Positions 1-9,832 of a stretch of 64,000 nt of DNA are shown piece after piece. Source of the DNA: Acidobacteriota bacterium (GTDB lineage: Bacteria; Acidobacteriota; Thermoanaerobaculia; Gp7-AA8). Every line of letters starts with the position of its first letter. Position 1 is the stretch's first letter. The stretch covers positions 2,011 to 66,010 of the forward strand of contig JAFAOU010000003.1 in the NCBI GenBank assembly GCA_019247495.1, given 5' to 3'. A model generated the notes under the pieces. That model saw only the letters and a program-made list of their open reading frames with translations, was not told where the DNA came from and searched no databases. Both the position numbers and the translations under genes were made by a program.

Positions 1-471
1 CGCGATCAGCACGACGCCGGCGACGAACAGAATCCGCGACGTGCGCCGATCCGCATTGCGTTCTGCGAACCAGATCAACAGCAGGATGAACGAGGTGGCG
101 GTGATCAGGTTCGTCGCTTTCGACAGCACGCGGATCGCGCCGACGGGCAGATAAATCCGGAACACCTCCAGGTGCATCCAGTAGATCGCCGCTGCGAGGA
201 ATGCGGCCAGGACGACGAAGCCGAAGCCGTGTGGCCGGAAGCCGCCGTGCGTTTCCGGTTTCCCGAAGAGCCGTACGCGGAGCGCGCGCAGAAGCCACAG
301 CACCGACCCGAAAAGCACACCGCAAATCAATCCGTAGACGATGGTTACGGTTGCCAGACGGCCCGGCGTGATGTCGATCTGCGGGTTGAGAAAGTAGAGC
401 AGGTTGGCGATGTAGAGGCCGAAGATCGCGCCCGCGAGCACGCGCTTGAGGTACGCCCAGCGTATCGGCAT
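1..471 (-). CDS. Polytopic membrane protein, N-terminal part (runs off the left edge)
   Basis: Manual translation from ATG at 471: MPIRWAYLKRVLAGAIFGLYIANLLYFLNPQ...ILFVAGVVLIA. Frame open to position 1, with several hydrophobic helices. Not in the ORF track because its stop lies outside the window. Confidence 0.75.
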   Translation of the reverse strand, partial: MPIRWAYLKRVLAGAIFGLYIANLLYFLNPQIDITPGRLATVTIVYGLICGVLFGSVLWLLRALRVRLFGKPETHGGFRPHGFGFVVLAAFLAAAIYWMHLEVFRIYLPVGAIRVLSKATNLITATSFILLLIWFAERNADRRTSRILFVAGVVLIA

Positions 472-496
472 GTCGGCGCGCGCAGTGTATCGGATG

Positions 497-569
497 CGGG
501 AGTCGTAGGACGTCGGGGGTCGGGGGTCGGAGCTCCATGTCTGCTCCGGCTCCCGACGCCCGACTCCCG
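497..569. repeat. Short-period (~7 nt) tandem inverted repeat (GGGGTCG/CGACTCC type)
   Basis: cgggagtcg...gtcgggggtcgggggtcggag faces ctccggctcccgacgcccgactcccg, between divergent genes. Confidence 0.55.
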
Positions 570-587
570 TTCCTCCCGAGGTGCCGC

Positions 588-3500
588 GTGATCACCGCCG
601 CGCACCTGCGCGATCGCGACGTTTTAGCGCTTCTTCGCACGCTGGGTTACGACATCGCGCCGGTCACCATCGCCGCCGCTGATTGGCGCCGCGCCGGAAT
701 CGAGATCTCGTGGAATGGCGAGGTCACGCTGCAGTTGGCGTCGCGCACGCCGCAACTCGATCTCTACGTGATCAGCGCCAATCCACTGCCCGAGCCGGAC
801 GCGATCACCGCGTTTCTCCGCTCGCTGGCGTCCTACAACGCGCTGGTCAAGCCGGTCGCGATCGGCGTGACCTCGGCGCGGCTGACCATCCACGACCTCT
901 CCGCGCGCCGCGAGCCGCGACGCCTCGACGTCGATCTCGATCATCCGACGGCGCACGCGCTCGATCGCCTCAACCTCCTCAGTAACGGCAGCGATGCCGC
1001 GCGCATCTTCGACCGCGCCCTCGACCGCGAATCGCTGACGCGACAGTTCTTCGAACGCTTCCGCCGCGCGGTCAGCGATGTGTCGAAAGCGATCCGCACC
1101 GTGACGTGGGAACCGCACGAGGCGGCGGACGGTCAGGCGCTGCTGCTGTTGTCGCGATTGCTCTTCCTCTACTTCATCCAGCAGAAGGGATGGCTCAACG
1201 GCGAGCGGCGATTCCTCGTCGATCGCATCGGGCGCGATGTTTACGCGACTCTTCTGAAACCACTCTTCTTCGGCTGCCTGAACACTCCAACGCACGAACG
1301 CGATGCCATCGCGCGGCAGCTCGGCAAAATCCCTTACCTCAACGGCGGACTTTTCGAACCGTCGGCATTCGAAGAGCGCAATCCCGATCTCGACCTGCCC
1401 GACGAGTTGCTGCAACGCGTCATCGAAGACGTCTTCGAGCGTTTCGCCTTCTCCATCGACGAGTCCGATGCCGCGGGCGCGCACATCGATCCGGAGATGC
1501 TCGGCAAGGTTTTCGAGTCGCTGATGAACACCGACGAGCGGCTCAGCACCGGCAGCTTCTACACGCCGCGCGCGATCGTCGACATCCTGGCGGCGCGCGC
1601 CATCGTGGCCTGGCTGAGCGACGGCGACGACGCGACGCGCGCCGATCTGGAACGCATCCTTCGCGGCGAGCCGGTTTGCGCGCGCAACGCAAAGCCGCTC
1701 GCGGAACGGCTCGATGCCATCACGATCCTCGATCCCGCCTGCGGCTCGGGCGCGTTCCTGCTGTCGTCGCTCCGCATCGTCGAGAAGCTGACCATTGCGT
1801 TGCATTCGTCGCCGCCATCCGAACTTCGCCGCCGCATCGTCGAACGGTCACTCTACGGCGTCGATCTGAAACCGGAAGCCGTCCGGCTCTGCGAATTGCG
1901 GCTGTGGCTCGCGATCGTGTCGCAAGCGAATGACGACGAGAACGACATCCAGCCGCTGCCGAACCTCGACCGCAACATCCTCCAGGGCAATTCGCTCCTC
2001 AGCCCCACCGACTTCCTCGGCGACAACCGAGGGGATGTGTATCGCGAATGGGTATACGCGTTGCGCGCGCAGGCCGACCTGATCGCGCGTTATCGCAACG
2101 CGCCGCACCGCGAGCGGGCGCAGGTGTCGCGCCTCATCCGCGCGAACGACGGCCGCCTGGCCAGCGAGCTGCTGGCGAAAGCGATCGACCTCGACGAACA
2201 CGAGCAGGAGGTGCTCTGCGCGCCGCAACGCGATCTCTTCGGCCGTCTGCGCGAAGTGAACATTGAACGCTGCCGCGAACTGCGCGAGCGCATCATGGCC
2301 AACCGCCGCACGCTCGAGCGCATCGAGGATGGCGAGATCGGCTTCTTCTCCTTCGACATTCACTTCGCGCACGTCATGGCCGCCGGCGGCTTCGACGTCG
2401 TGGTCGGAAATCCGCCGTGGGTGCGCAACAGCCGCATCGATTCTGGCGCGAAGCGGATGTACGCCGAACGCTTCGCGCTCTTCCGCAACGACGGTGCGCG
2501 CGGCGCGGTCTTCCATCAACCCGATCTCTCCATCGCCTTCGTCGAGCGCTCGCTCGCGCTGACCGCGCCGAGCGGCGTGATGTCGCTCCTCGTTCCATCG
2601 AAGCTGCTCAACGCCGGCTACGCTGCCGGATTGCGTAAACACGCCACGGCGTCCGCGAACATCGTGGCGCTCGATGACTGGTCATCCGACGCGCATCGCC
2701 ACTTCGATGCCGACACTTTCCCGCTCGGCATCACGCTCGCTCATCGCAACGGCAGCGAGCCGCGCAACATCTCCATCACGTCTGCCGGCGAATCGTTCGC
2801 GCTCCCGGCCGGCGCGCTGACGATCGGCGGAACGGAGTGGTCGCTGCTGCCTCCGGACGTGCATGCCATCGTCGCGCGCATTCACGCAACGCATTCGCCG
2901 CTCGCCGAAACGCTTGGCCGCCTTCCGATCATGGGCGTGAAGACCGGCGACAACGACGCCTTCTTTCTCGACGTGAAGCGCGTCCGCGCGAATGCGGTCG
3001 AGACCACCGACGGTCTGCACATACCGCTGACGTCCGCCTGCCGCTGCGTGCGCGGACGCGACGTGCGCCGCTGGAAAGTCGCCGATCCGCCGTGGATGCT
3101 CTGGCCGCCCGCCGGCGGCTGGCGCAAACCGCCAAAGTGGGCGGAGCGGTTCGCGGATGCGCGTGGCGTCGGCGTCGAAACGCTGCGGCTGAAGTACGTC
3201 CGTCCCGAACACGTCGGCATCAAGGTGGTCTGGAAAGATCTCTCGCGCGGCTTCTGCGCGGCCGTCCTCGAAGACTTCCTCCGCCTCGGTGAACGCAGCA
3301 TCCCGCTCGTCCCGAACCAGACGCTCTATTCGCTCGATGCCGCAACGATCGAAGAAGCACACGTGCTGGCCGCGCTCCTCAATTCGACCGTCGTAAATGT
3401 CCTTGCGATTGCCATCGCCGAACGAGCGAAGGATTTCTACTTCCGCTACTTCGGACGAACGGTCGCGCGCCTTCCGCTGCCCGTCGTCGTGCCGGCGAGC

Positions 3501-3671
3501 GATTCGTGGACGCGCTTGTTGCGCGCCGCCCGTCGCGCGCGAAGAAATCCTGATCGCGTCGGCGACGAAATCGATCTCGAGGTGAACGCGCTCTACGGCG
3601 TCTCGCAGTCCGAGCACGCACGGCTCTCGTCATTCCTCCGCACGCGCCTCGGCTTCAACGGCGATGCCTGA
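588..3671 (+). CDS. N6-adenine DNA methyltransferase, Eco57I/type IIG-like large MTase with C-terminal target-recognition region
   Basis: Motifs PYLNGGLF, LGKVFESL, GSFYTPR, ILDPACGSGAF (motif I) and FDVVVGNPPW (motif IV). Likely GTG start at 588 after GAGGTG. Confidence 0.88.
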   Translation: MITAAHLRDRDVLALLRTLGYDIAPVTIAAADWRRAGIEISWNGEVTLQLASRTPQLDLYVISANPLPEPDAITAFLRSLASYNALVKPVAIGVTSARLTIHDLSARREPRRLDVDLDHPTAHALDRLNLLSNGSDAARIFDRALDRESLTRQFFERFRRAVSDVSKAIRTVTWEPHEAADGQALLLLSRLLFLYFIQQKGWLNGERRFLVDRIGRDVYATLLKPLFFGCLNTPTHERDAIARQLGKIPYLNGGLFEPSAFEERNPDLDLPDELLQRVIEDVFERFAFSIDESDAAGAHIDPEMLGKVFESLMNTDERLSTGSFYTPRAIVDILAARAIVAWLSDGDDATRADLERILRGEPVCARNAKPLAERLDAITILDPACGSGAFLLSSLRIVEKLTIALHSSPPSELRRRIVERSLYGVDLKPEAVRLCELRLWLAIVSQANDDENDIQPLPNLDRNILQGNSLLSPTDFLGDNRGDVYREWVYALRAQADLIARYRNAPHRERAQVSRLIRANDGRLASELLAKAIDLDEHEQEVLCAPQRDLFGRLREVNIERCRELRERIMANRRTLERIEDGEIGFFSFDIHFAHVMAAGGFDVVVGNPPWVRNSRIDSGAKRMYAERFALFRNDGARGAVFHQPDLSIAFVERSLALTAPSGVMSLLVPSKLLNAGYAAGLRKHATASANIVALDDWSSDAHRHFDADTFPLGITLAHRNGSEPRNISITSAGESFALPAGALTIGGTEWSLLPPDVHAIVARIHATHSPLAETLGRLPIMGVKTGDNDAFFLDVKRVRANAVETTDGLHIPLTSACRCVRGRDVRRWKVADPPWMLWPPAGGWRKPPKWAERFADARGVGVETLRLKYVRPEHVGIKVVWKDLSRGFCAAVLEDFLRLGERSIPLVPNQTLYSLDAATIEEAHVLAALLNSTVVNVLAIAIAERAKDFYFRYFGRTVARLPLPVVVPASDSWTRLLRAARRARRNPDRVGDEIDLEVNALYGVSQSEHARLSSFLRTRLGFNGDA

Positions 3672-5268
3672 TCTCGCACCGCACCAGCGCGAAGCGGTGA
3701 GCCGCGCGCTGGCGCTCATCGCCCGCCACGGCGGCGCGATCCTCGCCGACGACGCCGGCCTCGGCAAGTCGTACGTCGCCGCACGCGTCGCCGCGGAGTT
3801 GCAGTGCCGCGGCAGTCGCGTCGAGATCGTCGTGCCGGCGCCGCTCGTCTCGCAGTGGCGCGACACGCTCTGCGACTTCAACCTCGACGCGCGAATCATC
3901 ACGCACGACTCGCTCGCCGGCGATCCATCGCTCGGCGACGGCGATCGCTTCATCGTCGTCGACGAGGCGCATGCCTTTCGCAACCGCCGCACGCAACGCT
4001 GGTGCGCGCTGGCGCGACGATCCGTCGGATCGCGGCTGCTGCTCGTCACCGCAACTCCGATCTGCAATGGGGCCGGCGATCTTCTCGCGCTCGTCTCGCT
4101 CATCGCTGCCGATGACGCGCTGCGGCGTTGCGGCGTGGCATCGATCGACGATGCCTTCGCCATCCGCGACGGACCCTCGCTCGACGTAATTGTGCGCGAG
4201 TTGGTGATCCGCCGTGAACGCGACGTGCTCCCGCCCGAGTTGCGTTTCGGATCGCTCGAACGGCGCGTGATCCGCCATCCGATCGCCGCGGCGCCGATCG
4301 ACGCGTTGCAGTTTCCGCTCAGCACGAGCGCGCCGTTGCTGCGCCAGTTCCTCTGGCGGCGTCTCGAATCGAGTCCCCACGCGCTGCTCGAATCGGTGCG
4401 CCGCCAACTCCGCTTCTACGAACGCGCGATCGAAAGCGGCCGCGCGCTATCGCGCCGCGACTATCGCCGGGCGTTTGCCGCCGAGGAGGACGCGGATGCG
4501 TTTCAACAGATCCTGTTCTGGGACTTGCTCGCGCCCGCGGACGGCTTCGACGCGACCGCGGTTCGCGAAGAGATGGCGCGCCTGAGTTGCATTCGATCGA
4601 TCATCGAATGCGCCGAGGATACGAAGGCTGCGCTGCTCGAATCGATCCTCGACGGCGAACCGACGCTCATCTTCACCGGCGCCGCGGCCACCGCCCGATC
4701 GCTGGCGCGGCGACTCCGATGCGGACTCGCCACGGCGCGTGACGGCACCGGCGCGATCGACGCCTTTCGCCGCGGCATGATCGACCGCGTCGTCGCTACG
4801 GATCTCGCGTCTGAGGGATTGAATCTGCAGCGCGCGGGCGTGGTGGTGCATTACGACATCCCCTGGAATCCGGTGAAACTCGATCAGCGTAACGGACGCG
4901 CGCACCGAATCGGACAAATGCGCGACTCCGTCCGCGCGATCTATTTTTTGCCCGAGGCGAGGAGCCGCGTCGTGGAGATGATCGCGTCGAAGAACCGCAC
5001 GCGGCGGCGGATTCTCAGCGCGCATGAAACTACGATCGATGCGCCGTCGCTCGCCGATCTGCCGCAACGGCTGCCGTCCGATTCGCCGGCGCTTTCGCTC
5101 GTGCGCGCGCTGCGCGCGAACGGGCTCGCGCCGCCCGCGGCGCTCTTCCGCCGCTACCGCGCCGGAGTGGAACTGCTCTTCGCCGAAATGGCGAGGGAGT
5201 ATCTCGACGCGAAGCGGCTGGCGGAATTGGAAGCGGTGTTGAAGCGCGAGGGCGTGCGTACCGCGTGA
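3664..5268 (+). CDS. SNF2-related SF2 helicase/ATPase
   Basis: LADDAGLGKS (Walker A), VVDEAH, LLVTATP, TDLASEGLNLQ, YDIPWNP, QRNGRAHRIGQ. Overlaps the MTase stop codon. Confidence 0.88.
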   Translation: MPDLAPHQREAVSRALALIARHGGAILADDAGLGKSYVAARVAAELQCRGSRVEIVVPAPLVSQWRDTLCDFNLDARIITHDSLAGDPSLGDGDRFIVVDEAHAFRNRRTQRWCALARRSVGSRLLLVTATPICNGAGDLLALVSLIAADDALRRCGVASIDDAFAIRDGPSLDVIVRELVIRRERDVLPPELRFGSLERRVIRHPIAAAPIDALQFPLSTSAPLLRQFLWRRLESSPHALLESVRRQLRFYERAIESGRALSRRDYRRAFAAEEDADAFQQILFWDLLAPADGFDATAVREEMARLSCIRSIIECAEDTKAALLESILDGEPTLIFTGAAATARSLARRLRCGLATARDGTGAIDAFRRGMIDRVVATDLASEGLNLQRAGVVVHYDIPWNPVKLDQRNGRAHRIGQMRDSVRAIYFLPEARSRVVEMIASKNRTRRRILSAHETTIDAPSLADLPQRLPSDSPALSLVRALRANGLAPPAALFRRYRAGVELLFAEMAREYLDAKRLAELEAVLKREGVRTA

Positions 5269-5269
5269 T

Positions 5270-7474
5270 TCACGGCACGATCGTCAACTGCACCGGGATG
5301 TCCTTGCTCTGGCAGTAGCCGTACGCGTGCAGGGTGATCGTTGATACCCCGGGGCCGTGCGAACTCGTGTAACGCGCGTGACAGACGCCCGGCTGGGTGA
5401 AGCCGCCGCTGCAGACGCCGAGGGGCGTGATGGAGTCGTTGAGGGAATTGCTCCAGGTCCAATTGACGAGGCCGAGGTCTATGGTGAACGTCAGATCGGC
5501 GGTCTGACCGGCGTGAATCTGCGTGCTCTCCAGCTTCACGGTTGCAGGCGGATCGACCGGGCCGACCAGTACGACGAGCGCGCGCCTGATAGGACAGTGG
5601 TCGGGATCGGTGAACGAAAACGTGCAACCGATGGTGGCCGATCCGAGAGCGGCGGCGGTGTACTGCATCGTGCTGGTCCCCTGTCCCGAAACGATCGAGC
5701 CGTTATCGATGGACCAGGTCACCTGCGCGCCCGGTGGAGGCGGCGTGGCCAACGACACGGTGTGCATTTGCCCTTGGCAGATGCCGGTGGGGACGGTGAA
5801 ATCGGGGGCGGCATTCGGGTAGGGCGTGACGGACGGCTTGATGATCTGAGCCTCGCAGAAGGCGTCGTACGCGCGGACGACGGTGTACGTAGTGGGCGTC
5901 GGACCGGGGTTGACGAAACGATCCTGCTGATAGCTGTTCGATGACGTCGTTACGCCGTCGGACCATACGGCCGTCCAGGGTCCTTCCAGGGAGAAGTTGT
6001 TGAGGCATGAGTTCGAGTCGAAATGGGCACTCACCTGGACGAAGTTGGCGAGAGGACAAAACGCACTTACTGTGACCCGGTCGGGTACATGGGCGACCGG
6101 CGTAGCACCGGCAATGATGATGCGACAGCCGGTGGCGTCATGGCCGTCCAGCAGTTGATTGGTCAGAACGCAATTCACGAAAACCGGTCTTGAAATCGTC
6201 ATCTCGTTCGTCTGGAACGGCGTTCTGAGGCTATCGTTCCACTGCCCGGTGAATGGCGGCGTGCCGGTGAACGTCGCGGTGATCGTGTCGACACCGACGC
6301 AACTGTTGCCGGTCGCCGTGATCGTCGCGGTCGGGTGCGGCTCCGGAATCACGGCGACACCGGACGACGTACCGGCGCATCCCACATCTTCGAAACTGCT
6401 GATGCTGTAGGTGCCGGGCGTTGTGACGGTCCGGGCAATCGACCTTGCCAGTGTGGTGAAGGGGACGCCATCCGACCATATGCCCTTGAAGGGCGCGGTG
6501 CCGGTGAAGGTGGCGTTCACGATCGCCGAGCCGCACGAGACCGGGCCGGCGCTGACGACGGCGGTCGGGTGGTCGCACACAGCTTCCGCCAGGATGGGGA
6601 TGCTGCGCGCGGACTGGTTCACGCACGCGCCTCGCGTGAGCTGCACGCTGATGTCGACGTTGCCCGTCGATCCCGCCGTGATCACGACGTCGTTTCCCGT
6701 CGCGGTGGCGGGCGAACCGTTGGTGATCGTCCACAAGGCCACTGCTCCCGGTTGCGGGCGCACAGTGGCCTGGAAGCTCTTCTCCTTGACGACGGCATCA
6801 GGTGTGTCGACGGTAACGGACGGCGCAACGCAGTCGCCGACGGTGTACGCCACCGCCGTGTGGACCAGCGCGCAGGACGACGCGGAGGCGGGACTCTTGG
6901 CAACGGCGCGTTGTCTCGAAGACACCGGTGTCGATGTTGCCGGCGTATCCATGGCTGCGTCGATGACGATCTGCTTTGTCCCGCTCTTGTCGGGCGAATA
7001 CGTGTACGTGCGCACGCCCGGCGCCAGCGCGATCGCGCGGAAGTCTGTGCCGGTGATGGTCTGCTGCGCGGGCGATCCGTTTTCGTACGTCCAGGAGAAG
7101 GTCACCGGTTCGCCGGCATGCGCGGCGGGTACGGCGGCCACGCGGACGTTGAATGGATCGTGCAGGGCGATGACGCTGCTGCCATGCGACACGCAACCGC
7201 CTGCGGTCATCGTGACCGACACGGTGGCTGCGGCACTGGAGCCGAACGTCAGGTTGACGCGGTCGCTAGACGCGTCGCCGGCGATCGTGCCGCCATCCAC
7301 GGTCCACGCATAGGTCGCACCGGGAACGCCGACCACGGCTACCGTGGCCGTACCCGACTTGCACGCGGTCGGCGGCGCGAGCACGGCCACAGTCGATGAG
7401 CACTCGCCCGACGCGCGGAGAGTCGTGACAAGCGACAGCAACGTGATGATGAGGAGAGATTTTTTGGGGGACAC
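5270..7474 (-). CDS. Secreted Ig-like/PKD-repeat protein
   Basis: Signal peptide; Thr/Ser/Cys-rich beta repeats (GATYAWTVDGGTI, FTGTAPFKGIWSDG, GAQVTWSIDNGSIVSGQGT). GTG start at 7474, alternative TTG at 7483. Confidence 0.75.
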   Translation of the reverse strand: MSPKKSLLIITLLSLVTTLRASGECSSTVAVLAPPTACKSGTATVAVVGVPGATYAWTVDGGTIAGDASSDRVNLTFGSSAAATVSVTMTAGGCVSHGSSVIALHDPFNVRVAAVPAAHAGEPVTFSWTYENGSPAQQTITGTDFRAIALAPGVRTYTYSPDKSGTKQIVIDAAMDTPATSTPVSSRQRAVAKSPASASSCALVHTAVAYTVGDCVAPSVTVDTPDAVVKEKSFQATVRPQPGAVALWTITNGSPATATGNDVVITAGSTGNVDISVQLTRGACVNQSARSIPILAEAVCDHPTAVVSAGPVSCGSAIVNATFTGTAPFKGIWSDGVPFTTLARSIARTVTTPGTYSISSFEDVGCAGTSSGVAVIPEPHPTATITATGNSCVGVDTITATFTGTPPFTGQWNDSLRTPFQTNEMTISRPVFVNCVLTNQLLDGHDATGCRIIIAGATPVAHVPDRVTVSAFCPLANFVQVSAHFDSNSCLNNFSLEGPWTAVWSDGVTTSSNSYQQDRFVNPGPTPTTYTVVRAYDAFCEAQIIKPSVTPYPNAAPDFTVPTGICQGQMHTVSLATPPPPGAQVTWSIDNGSIVSGQGTSTMQYTAAALGSATIGCTFSFTDPDHCPIRRALVVLVGPVDPPATVKLESTQIHAGQTADLTFTIDLGLVNWTWSNSLNDSITPLGVCSGGFTQPGVCHARYTSSHGPGVSTITLHAYGYCQSKDIPVQLTIVP

Positions 7475-7573
7475 CGCGGTCAAAATAACCTATTTGGGTC
7501 AATCGCGGTCAAAAAAAGGCCTGACCCCGCGTCATCCTGACCCGCAAATCGCCGCTTCTACCCTGCAACCGCG

Positions 7574-7588
7574 TGGCACCGCGCTTGG
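7574..7588 (+). promoter_or_regulatory. Putative sigma54 (-24/-12) promoter
   Basis: TGGCAC-N5-TTGG versus consensus TGGCAC-N5-TTGC, ~30 nt before a strong RBS (AAAGGAG). Repeated GGTCA/TGACC boxes upstream (7477-7545). Confidence 0.4.
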
Positions 7589-7620
7589 GTTAGTCCCCTC
7601 CCCGAAAAGGAGACTCACCC

Positions 7621-8163
7621 ATGAAGAAAACAGGCATCGCAGTTCTCGCACTCTTGATGATCGCGACGTTTGCCGTCGCGAATGAGCACGGCGGACCGGG
7701 TGGACCAGGTGCCGGTCCTGGTGGACGCGGCATCGAAGGCGACGGCCATCTCAACGTCGCCGCTGACGGCACCGTCATCGTGCGCCGTGCCGCGGCCAGC
7801 AGCACGACCGCAACTCCGGTCGCCGAGGTCATCGCCATTCGCAACGGCGCGGTCGCGTGGAGCGCGACGCTTCCGTCGCCGCGCACGGAAGTTGAGCTGT
7901 CGGGAACGCAGGTCATCGAAGTCACCGACACGACCGCCTCCGGCGCCTCGACGCCGACCACCGGCCTCACGGCTCTCAACGTCTCGAACGGCGCGCAGGC
8001 CTGGACGCTCAGCATTACCGGCCGCGTCGAAGACCTCACGCCGTACAGCGGCGGCACGTACGCCGTCGTCATCATCCCGGCAACGACTACGGGCGGCACG
8101 GCCACCCGGAATCTCGTCGCAATCAGCAGCACGGGCGTCATCACCTCGACCGTCGCTTTCTGA
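7621..8163 (+). CDS. Secreted hypothetical protein with PQQ-like beta-propeller blades
   Basis: RBS AAAGGAG, signal peptide MKKTGIAVLALL...AVA, repeats GAVAWSATL and GAQAWTLSI. Confidence 0.7.
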   Translation: MKKTGIAVLALLMIATFAVANEHGGPGGPGAGPGGRGIEGDGHLNVAADGTVIVRRAAASSTTATPVAEVIAIRNGAVAWSATLPSPRTEVELSGTQVIEVTDTTASGASTPTTGLTALNVSNGAQAWTLSITGRVEDLTPYSGGTYAVVIIPATTTGGTATRNLVAISSTGVITSTVAF

Positions 8164-8233
8164 TTGTTCATCCTCCTCGATCGGGGCGGCGGCGCGTGGC
8201 CGTCGCCCATTTCGGGCATACGGAGATACGACC

Positions 8234-8431
8234 ATGGGCAGACCAGCCAGCTTTCCCCTTCCGCTTCTCTCGGCCTCGCGCCGGCCCTCGCTCCTCCGCT
8301 GCGAGTCGTGCTTTCACCTCGGCGGCGCGGTTCGCGTCGGTGGACGGTTGTTGTGCGGCGAATGTTTTCGCGATGCCGCGCTGGATGAAAACGCGAAACG
8401 CTCCGAGCCGGCGCGCGATCGGGTGGCCTGA
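8234..8431 (+). CDS. Small putative zinc-ribbon protein (65 aa)
   Basis: GGAG RBS then ATG at 8234: MGRPASFPLPLLSASRRPSLLRCESCFHLGGAVRVGGRLLCGECFRDAALDENAK...; two CxxC pairs. Confidence 0.5.
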   Translation: MGRPASFPLPLLSASRRPSLLRCESCFHLGGAVRVGGRLLCGECFRDAALDENAKRSEPARDRVA

Positions 8432-8506
8432 GAGCCTGCGCGAAAGAAGCCTCGCTCGACTTCGGTGGCGGAGCCTTGGGCAACCAACGCTGCCGGCCGT
8501 GCCGGC

Positions 8507-9493
<987 letters not shown>

Positions 9494-9595
9494 CTACTAC
9501 GAACCGCATTCGTGAAACGCCGCTCCTGGACTACTAACCATCGATTTGTCGCGCGACGCAAAGATTTCTTCCCACGTCGAGATTCACCGGTGGAG

Positions 9596-9742
9596 CGTAG
9601 TGCGGGCGTCCTCGCCTGCATCCGGCGTGGCGTCTCGCCCGACGGGGGTGTCCGTGATTGATTCCGATCCTGCAATTGAATCCCGGAACCCCCCCGTCGG
9701 GCGAGGACGCCCGCCGGTTGCAGGCGAGACGCCTACACTACG
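9596..9742. repeat. GTAG-type REP doublet (REPIN-like), copy 1
   Basis: cgtagtgcgggcgtcctcgcctgca...tgcaggcgagacgcctacactacg inverted arms; related copy at 33553-33688. Confidence 0.75.
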
Positions 9743-9832
9743 CCTTTGGGTTGCGGGCAAAGCCCGCGCTGTGACGTTGACGTGACCTCTGTCATCAATG
9801 TTGCGCGCGTGCCGTCTGTATCATCGGCACCG

